DNA from: Bacillota bacterium
GTDB taxonomy: Bacteria > Bacillota > Clostridia > Christensenellales > UBA1431
Length of the DNA: 64,000 nt
Direction of reading: 5' to 3'
Assembly (NCBI GenBank): GCA_049324235.1
Contig: JBMOLJ010000060.1
Coordinates: 135 to 64,134, forward strand
Both the position numbers and the translations under genes were made by a program. This document shows, one piece after another, positions 35,672 through 44,137 of the stretch. Within the stretch, counting starts at the first letter, position 1; each line of letters opens with the position of its first letter. A model generated the notes under the pieces. That model saw nothing but the letters and a program-made list of their open reading frames with translations. It was not told the origin of the DNA and did not search any database.

Positions 35672-36007
35672 TTACTCCATTGTGAGATAGTCTCCCTCTG
35701 CGATTTTCCATTGCGCCGCGCTCCCCGCGGCCACCTCCAGGACAGACGCCGCTTCCTTTACCCTGGGCCCTACCCTCCCCGGCTCGAGGGTGACAATGCG
35801 CGCTATCCGCATGTCCCTGGTCAGATACAAAACATCCAGGGGGAACCGCATGCGGAAGGTATGCACCTGGTTGCAGGGGATAATAAGCAGCCCTTCTCCC
35901 TCTAGCAGTTCCCGCCTCCCCATAAGCCCCTTAAAGCGCCTGAACGGATTGGCGGCACGGGCTGCCTTATCGCAAAGGAGAATATTCCGGAAATAGACCT
36001 TATGCAT
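35672..36007 (-). CDS. DUF192-family protein
   Basis: GLMGRRELLEGEGLLIIPCNQVHTFRMRFPLDVLYL matches the DUF192 (COG1430) core. Start at MHKVYF. Confidence 0.75.
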   Translation of the reverse strand: MHKVYFRNILLCDKAARAANPFRRFKGLMGRRELLEGEGLLIIPCNQVHTFRMRFPLDVLYLTRDMRIARIVTLEPGRVGPRVKEAASVLEVAAGSAAQWKIAEGDYLTME

Positions 36008-36021
36008 ATCCGGCCACCTCA

Positions 36022-36942
36022 TCATTTGATCACTTTGATCACGGTCGGCCCGAGCAGTATGATGAAGATTACCGGAAATATAAAGAGCACCATGGGCAGC
36101 ATCATCCGCACCGGCGCCTTCATCCCCTTTTCCTGGGCCATCTGCCTCCGGTTTATGCGGAGCTGCTGGGCCTGTGCACGCAGCACATTTTTCATCGGGG
36201 TCCCAAACTGCTCGGACTGCACCACGGCGGATGCAAAGGTCTGAAGTTCGGAAACGTTGCTCCGCTGGCTCAGGGAAGCCAACGCTTCGCGCCTGGGCCT
36301 GCCCATCTGAACCTCCCGGTATACCTGGCTCAGTTCCTCTATCAAAGGGCCCTTGAACCTCTCGGTAACCTTGAGCAGCGCCGAATCAAAGCTCAGCCCT
36401 GCTTCAATGCTCACACAGAGCACATCCATGACGTTGGGCATCTGGTTCTGTATCGCAAGCTGCCTGGACCTGATGCGCGACCGGAGAAAGAGACGGGGAA
36501 TCAGCACCGCCGCCACCAGGGTAAAAAGTACGATGAGCAGATTTATCTGGTAGTCGGCCTGCAGTAACAAAACAGCGGCTATGCCAACGAGCAATACCCC
36601 GGCGGTGACCAGCAGCCTTAGCAGCATGAACTCCTGCACCGGCAGATGAATCCCAGCAAGGCGCAGCTCGTTCATCATGCGGACGCTGCGCTCGTTATTC
36701 TTTGACGGATTTGCGGAGCGGCCTTTGGACAGCTTTGAAAGCTGGGCCAGCGCCCTCTTTAATGCCGTGGAAATAAACCGCTGGTAAAAGCTTTTTTCCA
36801 GCTCCTCATCAACATAAAGCGTGTCTTTACGTATCCACTTAAGCTGTTGCTTTTTGATCGCTTCTCTGCGGATGGTTTCTCTGCAGCATATCAGGGTGAC
36901 CAGCAACGCCAGTATGGATGTGCTTGCGATGAGCAGCGCCAT
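36022..36942 (-). CDS. tadC: Tad pilus platform protein, T2SSF domain (TadC-like)
   Basis: T2SSF-type inner membrane protein directly downstream of the tadB-like gene. Confidence 0.85.
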   Translation of the reverse strand: MALLIASTSILALLVTLICCRETIRREAIKKQQLKWIRKDTLYVDEELEKSFYQRFISTALKRALAQLSKLSKGRSANPSKNNERSVRMMNELRLAGIHLPVQEFMLLRLLVTAGVLLVGIAAVLLLQADYQINLLIVLFTLVAAVLIPRLFLRSRIRSRQLAIQNQMPNVMDVLCVSIEAGLSFDSALLKVTERFKGPLIEELSQVYREVQMGRPRREALASLSQRSNVSELQTFASAVVQSEQFGTPMKNVLRAQAQQLRINRRQMAQEKGMKAPVRMMLPMVLFIFPVIFIILLGPTVIKVIK

Positions 36943-36956
36943 GCATGTTTCCTCCC

Positions 36957-37880
36957 CTAATACTTTATCGTCACTATCTTTTTAATAATCAGAAAACCAA
37001 TGATCTCCATGCCCGCGGCGACTGCCAGCATGCCTATGCCCAGAGGCGTATTGAAGAACGTCTGTATATAGGCTGGATTTATGAGCATGAGCAGCCCGCC
37101 GATCGCTACCGGAATAAGGCCGACCACCATGCTGCTGATACGGCCTGAGGCGGTCATCACACGGATATCGTCCTTGAGCTTGATCCGCTCCTTGATGGTC
37201 ACCGAGGTGTTTTCCAGAATCTCGAGCAGGTTTCCCCCGACCTGGCGCTGTATCTGTACTGCCGAGACTGTCAGCATCAAATCGGTGCTGCGCACCCTTT
37301 GCACCATATTGTCCAAAGCGGTATCGATGCTGTTGCCGAGCTGGATTTCCTTAACCGTGCGTCCGAACTCCTTAGCTATCGGGTCGGGCATCTCATGCGC
37401 GATGTTGGCCATCGCCTGCTGGAAGGTAAGGCCGGAGCGCAGGCAGTTGCCCATGAGCAGCAGCGCATCCCCCAGTTGTTTCTCAAACAGCTGCAGCCGC
37501 TTGCCCTTGGCTCTGTGTACGATCACGGGCGGGATGACCACGCCCATGGCGGCTACGGCCAGCATGGTAACGGGATGCGCGCCGATGAGCATCAGCAATC
37601 CGGCCGGTACCAGCGCGGCGGCGAGCCAGAGCGTGAGAAACTCCTCCGGCCGCATGCGTATGCCGGAGGATGCCAGTTCCTCCGCGAATACCCTGGACAC
37701 AGGGATGCGCGGGCGCTTCTGCTTCTTTTCACGGGCAGGGCGGGCATGTTCCTGCTGCCCTGTAAGCGCCTGCAGCCGCTGTTTTATCCGCGTTCTGTCC
37801 GCCGTCGCCCGGGTAAGGAGGATAACGGCTGTAAAGAACACGAAAAATGCGATTGCAACTGCCAATAATACGACTTGCAT
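36957..37880 (-). CDS. tadB: Tad pilus platform protein, T2SSF domain (TadB-like)
   Basis: T2SSF domain. Start taken at MQVVLLAV (ATG 37880, GGAAGGG RBS); the track start at 37928 overlaps tadA. Confidence 0.85.
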   Translation of the reverse strand: MQVVLLAVAIAFFVFFTAVILLTRATADRTRIKQRLQALTGQQEHARPAREKKQKRPRIPVSRVFAEELASSGIRMRPEEFLTLWLAAALVPAGLLMLIGAHPVTMLAVAAMGVVIPPVIVHRAKGKRLQLFEKQLGDALLLMGNCLRSGLTFQQAMANIAHEMPDPIAKEFGRTVKEIQLGNSIDTALDNMVQRVRSTDLMLTVSAVQIQRQVGGNLLEILENTSVTIKERIKLKDDIRVMTASGRISSMVVGLIPVAIGGLLMLINPAYIQTFFNTPLGIGMLAVAAGMEIIGFLIIKKIVTIKY

Positions 37881-37908
37881 CCGAAATCCCTTCCTGCTGG
37901 CTGGTAAA

Positions 37909-39237
37909 CTAGTTAAACCACTCTTCATGCACCGCTATGCCGTTATTCCGAATCTTCTCCAAGCACTGGGGATGTATGCCGGTTCCCCTGAACCGCCCCT
38001 TAAACCGCCCCTGGCTGTCCATCTGCCCCTGTGTCTCAAAAACAAACAGGTCCTGCATACTCACAATATCTCCCTCCATGCCGGTGATCTCAGTGATGTT
38101 GGTCACGCGGCGCGTACCGTCCCTGAGCCTTGACTGCTGGACGATGATGTCCACCGCCGAGGCGATCTGGCTGCGGATGGCGAAAAGCGGCAGCTCCATC
38201 CCTGCCATCATAACCATGGTCTCTATCCTTGCGATGGTATCCCGGGGGGAATTCGCGTGCGTGGTGGTAAGGGACCCGTCATGGCCCGTGTTCATGGCCT
38301 GCAGCATATCCAGAGCTTCGGCGGAGCGGACCTCGCCCACGATGATGCGGTCGGGGCGCATTCGGAGCGCGTTGCGCACCAGATCACGGATGGTCACCTG
38401 CCCCCGCCCCTCCGTGTTCGGCGGACGGCTTTCCAGCGTGACCACATGGTCCTGTTTGAGCTGGATCTCGGCGGCGTCTTCGATGGTGACGATGCGCTCG
38501 TCATCGGGAATGAATCCCGAGAGGATGTTTAACAGCGTAGTTTTGCCGCTCCCTGTCCCTCCCGATACAACGATATTCAGCCGCCCTTTCACGCAGGCCT
38601 CCAAAAAGCTCATCATCTTGGGGGAAACGGAACCGAAGTCTATAATGTTCTGGGCGGTGTAAGGGGTCTGTGAGAATTTCCGAATGGTGACCACCGGCCC
38701 GACGAGCGAAAGGGGCGGGAGTATGACATTCACGCGGGAGCCGTCCTTGAGCCTGGCGTCCACCATCGGGCTGGCCTCGTCGACGTGGCGTCCCACGCTG
38801 GAAACAATGCGGTCGATGATGTTGAGCACGTGCGTCTGGTCCCTGAAAGGCACCTCCACCTGATGGAGCCTTCCCTGTCTCTCGATATACACCTGTCGGC
38901 AGCCGTTGATCATGATCTCGGTGATGGTCGGATCGGCCAACAACGTCTCCAGTGGGCCGAATCCCATGATATCGTTGTAGAGTTCGTTCGCAATGCGGCT
39001 GCGCTCGGTATAGGGCACGTCTCCGGCTTCGAGTTGAAGGATTTCGTCGAGCTTTTCCCGTACCGTCTGGGCGTCGGGATCCTTTGCTTCGTTCAACGCC
39101 TCGATGGTATTGGTCCGTACACGCTCCTTCAAACGGATATGTGCATCGTTGCCACGCAGCTTTATTGTGGGCTCCGGCGCTCCTTCCTGGGGTAAGGCTT
39201 CGCCGCGCTGCTGTTCCAGCCGTTTGAGCAGGCTCAT
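37909..39237 (-). CDS. tadA: CpaF/TadA secretion ATPase
   Basis: Walker A GGTGSGKTTLLN, Asp and His boxes, and a CpaF-type N-terminal domain. AGGAGGG RBS before the ATG at 39237. Confidence 0.92.
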   Translation of the reverse strand: MSLLKRLEQQRGEALPQEGAPEPTIKLRGNDAHIRLKERVRTNTIEALNEAKDPDAQTVREKLDEILQLEAGDVPYTERSRIANELYNDIMGFGPLETLLADPTITEIMINGCRQVYIERQGRLHQVEVPFRDQTHVLNIIDRIVSSVGRHVDEASPMVDARLKDGSRVNVILPPLSLVGPVVTIRKFSQTPYTAQNIIDFGSVSPKMMSFLEACVKGRLNIVVSGGTGSGKTTLLNILSGFIPDDERIVTIEDAAEIQLKQDHVVTLESRPPNTEGRGQVTIRDLVRNALRMRPDRIIVGEVRSAEALDMLQAMNTGHDGSLTTTHANSPRDTIARIETMVMMAGMELPLFAIRSQIASAVDIIVQQSRLRDGTRRVTNITEITGMEGDIVSMQDLFVFETQGQMDSQGRFKGRFRGTGIHPQCLEKIRNNGIAVHEEWFN

Positions 39238-39250
39238 TCTCTCATCCCTC

Positions 39251-40372
39251 CTACCGCTTTTCCTCAATCCAGTGGCTTGCAAGGCGCTGTACGCCTTGGG
39301 AAACCGGCGTTCGTGGCATGCCGATTACGAAGGGAACTCCCCGCTCCTGGCTAAGGCGGACGGTCTTTACGTCTTCGGGCAGGATACAGGAAGCCGGCAT
39401 CTCCAGCACCTGTTCAAAATCCTTGTATTTCAGGATTCCTTTATGATCCGCGTTGAGCAGCAGAAGCACCTTCTCCTCCTGGTGCAGCGAACGGAATACG
39501 CCCAGCATCAGCTTCGCGGCGCGCAGGTTGGAAATATCCATACGGGACACCAGTAGGATGTCGTCGGAATTTTCCAACGCGGTAAGTGTGCATTCGCTTA
39601 GGTCGGCCGGCAGATCCAGCACAATGAAATCATAATAGGGGCGCATGATGCTTATGAGGGCTTCCACATGCCGGGGCGTGATATATTCGGCATACTCCGG
39701 CGCGGAAGGCGAACACAGGATGCTTACCCCGCTCGAATGCTGGATACAAAAGCTTTTCACATCGTCAATGGCAAACATGGACTTTTCCTGAACCAGATCG
39801 GAAATGGAATCCTTGGCCGTAATGTTCAGCAGCAATGCGGCATCCCCGAAGTTCAGGCAAAGATCAATGAGGGCAGTCCTGCGTCCGGTTTGTGCCAAAG
39901 CAACCGCCAGATTGACTGCAACGGTTGTTTTTCCTGCCCCTCCCTTGCCGCCGTATACCGCGATGACGTGCGGTTCCCTGCCTGTTTCACCGGTGCGGCC
40001 TTTTTCAAAAACCGCGGCCTGTATAAGCAAATCCCTAATGTTATCGAGGTCCTGTATGCCGGCTACCCTCCTAATGCCTGCCTGCATGGCGCTGTCTATG
40101 AGCGGCATGTCCACCTCAGGCGCAAGAAGCACCAGCGCACAGCCCGGAAACCCCAGGTATATCCTTTCGGCGATATCCATGACCCCTGTATCGCCCTTTT
40201 CCTGAACCAGCAAGACAACGTGCGGGGCATACCCCCCAATTTTCTCAAGGACAGCGGTATCCATAGCGGCAAAGCCCACCAGGGCTATTTCTTCTTCTTT
40301 AGAAAGATTCTGACGCAGAGCAAGGCGCATTTCCTCGCTGTTTACCACAGCGAGTACCTTGTATTTTGACAT
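39251..40372 (-). CDS. tadZ: TadZ/CpaE: atypical receiver domain fused to a ParA/MinD-type ATPase
   Basis: The N-terminal receiver-like fold lacks the phospho-acceptor Asp (VVLLVQEKGD). Deviant Walker A GGKGGAGKTT. Confidence 0.85.
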   Translation of the reverse strand: MSKYKVLAVVNSEEMRLALRQNLSKEEEIALVGFAAMDTAVLEKIGGYAPHVVLLVQEKGDTGVMDIAERIYLGFPGCALVLLAPEVDMPLIDSAMQAGIRRVAGIQDLDNIRDLLIQAAVFEKGRTGETGREPHVIAVYGGKGGAGKTTVAVNLAVALAQTGRRTALIDLCLNFGDAALLLNITAKDSISDLVQEKSMFAIDDVKSFCIQHSSGVSILCSPSAPEYAEYITPRHVEALISIMRPYYDFIVLDLPADLSECTLTALENSDDILLVSRMDISNLRAAKLMLGVFRSLHQEEKVLLLLNADHKGILKYKDFEQVLEMPASCILPEDVKTVRLSQERGVPFVIGMPRTPVSQGVQRLASHWIEEKR

Positions 40373-40384
40373 GAACCGCACCAA

Positions 40385-40592
40385 CCTTTCGATGACAAAC
40401 CCCAAACGCTAAAGCGGTTGGGATTCTGAGCGGAGCGAGGTTTGCTCCCGTACCATTGCCTCAAAGTCCTTCCCTGGCAACTCCATGCAAAACATAGTTT
40501 TGCATGGATGCGGAGGAGCAACAGGGCGGGGCGAAAAATCCTTGAATCGCAAAGCGATTAGGGATTTTGAGCGGAGCGAAGTTTGCTCCGAC
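40385..40592. repeat. Family-B mosaic hairpin repeat, short copy inside the Tad operon
   Basis: Contains two GAGCGGAGCGA(A/G)GTTTGCTCC modules, the CCTTCCCTGGCAACTCCA module shared with 57481-57500, and a perfect CCATGCAAAAC-ata-GTTTTGCATGG hairpin. Confidence 0.75.
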
Positions 40593-40593
40593 G

Positions 40594-41277
40594 TTATGGA
40601 TAGTTCTTGGGATTGGCCGCTTTTTTATCCAGCACCGGCCTGAGCAGCAGGCGCAATTTCCCGTTTGTTGCGGCATAGTTGATCTTCAGGGCTTCCTGCG
40701 GCGTTACGGAGAGTGTGACGGTCGTATAGCTGTTTGCAGAATCGGTCGATTTCGGCACCTTTGTGCCGGTTTGCAGCACCGGTACGTTTTCCACCAGCAT
40801 TGTCGAGACCGGCCGGCTCTTGCCCCCCGCATCATATGCGATAACTGTGCCAATGACGTCGACGTAATCCCCCTTTGAGATGAAACCCGAAACCCCGGAA
40901 ACGTCGTCTACCGCGACTGAAACCGCGCGGCGGCCTTTTTCGAGCATGAAAGAAAGCGCTGAGTCTTCCTTTCCCTGCATGGCAAGCTGAGGGATAAGCA
41001 CCTGTTCCTTTGGCAGCAGGGGATACTTTGTGATCTTGCCGACAACCTGCTTAATATCTGTAGCCGCATAGGGGCTTATGCCAGAGCCCGTAAGCTGGGT
41101 CAAAGCCACCATATCCTCCGTTATTTGCGTGTTGGCCGGTATCTCCTTTACCGCAATGACGACCCGGCTCGCATCGGACGAGGCGCTGGCATTCCGCTCA
41201 AGCGAGGATGCGAAGAGGTAAACCGCAACGCCCGCTATGACAGCCATTAGGATTGAAAGTATGTAGACCTTTTTCAA
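40594..41277 (-). CDS. cpaB: CpaB/RcpC-family Flp pilus assembly protein (SAF domain)
   Basis: N-terminal TM segment, SAF-like VAVKEIPANTQITEDMV, and a C-terminal beta domain. Confidence 0.85.
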   Translation of the reverse strand: MKKVYILSILMAVIAGVAVYLFASSLERNASASSDASRVVIAVKEIPANTQITEDMVALTQLTGSGISPYAATDIKQVVGKITKYPLLPKEQVLIPQLAMQGKEDSALSFMLEKGRRAVSVAVDDVSGVSGFISKGDYVDVIGTVIAYDAGGKSRPVSTMLVENVPVLQTGTKVPKSTDSANSYTTVTLSVTPQEALKINYAATNGKLRLLLRPVLDKKAANPKNYP

Positions 41278-41363
41278 GGGTTTCCCTCCTGTTCATACAC
41301 CAGATGCAAACGGTTTGGTTATGCCGGATGCCCCGTGGCGGCAAAACATGGTTTTCCTTCTGT

Positions 41364-42353
41364 TCATTCAACCAGGCGGATACGGTATATGCCGTAATCG
41401 CCCGTGCCGCCGATAACTCCTTCCGATTCCCCCTGCTGGGTTTGAAAGGTTATCTTTGAGGCGACGATCTCCCCTTTGCTGTTTGTCCCCTCCAATATGA
41501 ACGGAACAAATCCTTTCACCTTTACGGTATGGCTGTCGACAAGGCTGTATACGATAAGGGTCACCACTCGGGGGCAATCCGGGTCGAAATGCTCCAGGGT
41601 GCATCCTCCCCCGCCTGCATAATGGGTGCACTGGCTATACCGCGTCGTGAAAGCTTCGGTAGTGGGTCCCGCCATGTTGCCCGGTTCCACCGGCAGTACG
41701 TCACCTATGCGCAGAATACCGTCATATCCGAAAGCCAGCCAGCTCTCAAAATCCTTCGCGCCGCCGCCCTTAACCCCGTCAAGGTCCAATGCGCCGAAGA
41801 AACCTTCCGTACCGCCTCCACCGCCATATTTGATAACCAAATGCTGCGTCTGATTTGCCGCAAGCAATTCCTGAAGCCTGGTTTGTTCAATCCCGAGCGG
41901 GACTACGGCGGTGGAAGACGACGCGGGCTTGAGTGTCACCTTTGCGCTTTTCGACACGGTGGTGCCATTTATGCCCAGGATAGGCCCGAATCCGTAGGAT
42001 ACATCGGTTTTTAGCCGCACGCGCACCCCATAACACCTGCCGCCCGAAATATCCTCCATATCCACCGCTTCCACGTTATCGGCCGGAACCCCGTTTTTCA
42101 CCGCGTAATCGGCTGCGGTGCTTTTGATCTGCTGGATCTTCGCATTGTCGTCGGCCGATACCGGCAGCAGCGTACCCGCTGCCAGGGCAGCGGCATCGGC
42201 GGCGGTTTGGGATACGCTTCCCTGCATATATGCCGTTCCCAGATCAATCACAAGCCCGCACAGGGCAATGATAAGCGTAAAGGCAACCGCGGCGATGACT
42301 GCAACGGAGCCGTCCTCACGGCGCCAGATTTTTTTCAGAACCATAGGAATCAC
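41364..42353 (-). CDS. TadG-like minor pilin / pilus assembly protein
   Basis: N-terminal Tad_N-type segment RREDGSVAVIAAVAFTLIIALCGLVIDLG followed by a large extracellular domain. Confidence 0.7.
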   Translation of the reverse strand: MIPMVLKKIWRREDGSVAVIAAVAFTLIIALCGLVIDLGTAYMQGSVSQTAADAAALAAGTLLPVSADDNAKIQQIKSTAADYAVKNGVPADNVEAVDMEDISGGRCYGVRVRLKTDVSYGFGPILGINGTTVSKSAKVTLKPASSSTAVVPLGIEQTRLQELLAANQTQHLVIKYGGGGGTEGFFGALDLDGVKGGGAKDFESWLAFGYDGILRIGDVLPVEPGNMAGPTTEAFTTRYSQCTHYAGGGGCTLEHFDPDCPRVVTLIVYSLVDSHTVKVKGFVPFILEGTNSKGEIVASKITFQTQQGESEGVIGGTGDYGIYRIRLVE

Positions 42354-42356
42354 ATC

Positions 42357-42758
42357 CTAACCTATGCGCATAATGCTGGTGGATTGGAGGACTATCTCCT
42401 GATCCGGCACAAATATCCCCACAAGCGGCGTAATCGCTTTGATCTTTTTCGTAACCTTCACCTTAACATCCTGCTGATCAACGACTTCCGCCGTCACCAG
42501 CATATCGCCCGTATCCCCCAAGCCTGATACCGACTTTACCTTCTCGGTCACAAGGGTGGTCAAATCGGCTGCATCGGCGTTTACGACGGCATACCTTGCT
42601 CCTTCCCTGCTGCAGTTATCGACCATAAGCTGGTTGGAGAATATCCAGCCGAAGTCTATAATGCCGCACACGATCAGTATAAGCAAAGGGATGACATAGG
42701 CCGCTTCCACAATAGACTGGCCTTCTTCCCTCCTGAACCGGCGGCGTCCCTGCTTCAT
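42357..42758 (-). CDS. tadE: TadE-like pseudopilin
   Basis: N-terminus EEGQSIVEAAYVIPLLILIVCGIIDFG is typical of the TadE family. Confidence 0.8.
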   Translation of the reverse strand: MKQGRRRFRREEGQSIVEAAYVIPLLILIVCGIIDFGWIFSNQLMVDNCSREGARYAVVNADAADLTTLVTEKVKSVSGLGDTGDMLVTAEVVDQQDVKVKVTKKIKAITPLVGIFVPDQEIVLQSTSIMRIG

Positions 42759-42796
42759 GCCCTGTCATCCTCCTTTCCGGCGCACACTTAACGCGG

Positions 42797-42839
42797 GGTT
42801 TCCCATTGCCTTCTTCTGTTGCGAAGGCAATGGGAAACC
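42797..42839 (-). other. 17-bp perfect stem-loop immediately 3' of the flp pilin gene
   Basis: GGTTTCCCATTGCCTTC ... GAAGGCAATGGGAAACC, 10 nt after the flp stop codon, with no T-tract. Confidence 0.7.
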
Positions 42840-42848
42840 ATGCTCCTC

Positions 42849-43013
42849 TTAGCTGGGAATCTTGGAGTTTGCGTCTTCGAATATGCCCGAAATTTTGGGT
42901 CCGAGGATGATGAGCGCCGCAATGGCCGCTACCGCGATCAGCCCCAGTATCAGGCCGTATTCCACCATGCCCTGCCCGTCTTCGTCCCTGAGAATCCTCA
43001 TAAGTTTTTTCAT
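42849..43013 (-). CDS. flp: Flp-family type IVb pilin (54 aa; absent from the ORF track)
   Basis: GGAGGAGGGG lies 4 nt before the ATG at 43013. Sequence: MKKLMRILRDEDGQGMVEYGLILGLIAVAAIAALIILGPKISGIFEDANSKIPS, with the Flp motif G/xxxxEY plus a hydrophobic helix. Confidence 0.88.
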   Translation of the reverse strand: MKKLMRILRDEDGQGMVEYGLILGLIAVAAIAALIILGPKISGIFEDANSKIPS

Positions 43014-43047
43014 AATTCCCCTCCTCCTTTTGTTTTGGGTTTTCCCC

Positions 43048-43692
43048 TCAAATTGCTAGCACCAACGGAAATAGAAGTGTTACCATCATACCCAGGGAAA
43101 GCGGTGGTCCTATGGCCACCTTTGTTTTTAAATCCCCCCTTTTCGTTATAATGAGGTAAAGAGAATAAGTCGCGAGAACAGCAGCCATGACCAGCACCGC
43201 CTGAAAAAGCCCGACAATGCCAAGGCAGAATCCGGCCGCTGCCGCCAGTTTTATATCCCCCCAGCCGATGGAGATTCCAATACGCGAAGGTATGAGAAAT
43301 AAAATGAATCCTGCTGCAAGCCCCGCAAGCGCGGAGAGGAAAGACGCCGGATTGCCGCTTATCGCTATTGCGCCTGACTTGAGAATCAATAAAGCCAACA
43401 GCAGTTCGTTGGGAATTTTGCGGATGCTGCCGTCTACCACTGAAAGGCTGGTAAGTACAAGGAAGATGCCCATGTATTCAATGCCGCTTGCAAGCTCCCT
43501 GGTCCACAGGGCGATTATCCCAAAGCCCACGGCGCCCGCGCTTATCCATAGCGCCGGACTCCAAAGGCCGTTTGAGGGCGTCCTTTTGGTACCCATACCG
43601 GTGCGGTTTTTTATCAGCAGATAGGTCAGATGGCGCATGCATTCTCCCAGCACGCCGCCGAACAGGATAAATACCGGTATACGCAAATCCAT
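43048..43692 (-). CDS. tadV: Prepilin peptidase, A24 family (TadV/CpaA-like)
   Basis: Polytopic protein with both catalytic Asp motifs (VVDGSIRKIPN and GWGDIKLAAAAG). AAGGAGG RBS. Confidence 0.85.
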   Translation of the reverse strand: MDLRIPVFILFGGVLGECMRHLTYLLIKNRTGMGTKRTPSNGLWSPALWISAGAVGFGIIALWTRELASGIEYMGIFLVLTSLSVVDGSIRKIPNELLLALLILKSGAIAISGNPASFLSALAGLAAGFILFLIPSRIGISIGWGDIKLAAAAGFCLGIVGLFQAVLVMAAVLATYSLYLIITKRGDLKTKVAIGPPLSLGMMVTLLFPLVLAI

Positions 43693-43720
43693 GCCTATGC
43701 GCCTCCTTTTGGGTTTAAGG

Positions 43721-43755
43721 AAAACAAAAACCGCAATCCTTCCCTGGTTGCGGTA
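43721..43755 (-). terminator. Leader terminator just 5' of the tadV RBS (candidate riboswitch expression platform)
   Basis: On the minus strand: ACCGCAACC-agggaa-GGaTTGCGGT followed by TTTTTGTTTT, ending about 15 nt before AAAAGGAGG. Confidence 0.6.
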
Positions 43756-44029
43756 ATCGTTCCTCTCTTTGTGCTAAAAGTACAACCTTTTGATGCCGGA
43801 GGCTGATACTTTTGGCGCAATATACCCGACAACCAATTGAAACTGCCGACCATAGACCTTACAATCCGTAGTTTTGCTTATTCCGCCGTTTTTTACGTTG
43901 AAGCTTTGATGCAGGAATACCGAGCATTATGAATCACGTGGGATGCTTATTCAAAAAGTAAAGGCACCTAACCCCCTACAGAGGTCAGCTGCCTTGAAAA
44001 ACCAAAATAAGCCTTCAGAAATAAAGCTG

Positions 44030-44132
44030 TCTTTCTGATTCCACTGGCAACTGGCTGCCCTAGGAACAAACCCCTTAGGCCCTGTAGCTTTGCGTCCCAC
44101 CTTTTCAGGTGGTTTGCCTTTTTCACTTGGTA
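44030..44132 (-). promoter_or_regulatory. c-di-GMP-I (GEMM) riboswitch aptamer
   Basis: The minus strand reads GGCAAACCACCUGAAAAGGUGGGACGCAAAGCUACAGGGCCUAAGGGGUUUGUUCCUAGGGCAGCCAGUUGCC. It is collinear with the conserved blocks of the Vc2 aptamer (GGCAAACC, GAAA-type loop, GGGACGCAAAGCC, GGCCUAA). Confidence 0.85.
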
Positions 44133-44137
44133 GCATC

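Noticed and set aside
34717-35685. 322-aa plus-strand ORF covering the same DNA as the coiled-coil gene.
   Set aside because: Its Leu/Phe-rich sequence is the mirror image of a Glu/Lys/Gln-rich coiled coil. The minus-strand frame has an AAGGAGG RBS, heptad character, a DivIVA-like motif, operon context and a terminator.
44030-44132. Alternative identities for the structured RNA: RNase P RNA, cobalamin riboswitch, T-box.
   Set aside because: There is no GGAAAGUCC (RNase P), no B12-box-like AGYCMGGAGACCKGCC, and no T-box AANNNGGGTGGTACCGCG. The GGCAAACC...GGGACGCAAAGC...GGCCUAA blocks are specific for GEMM-I.
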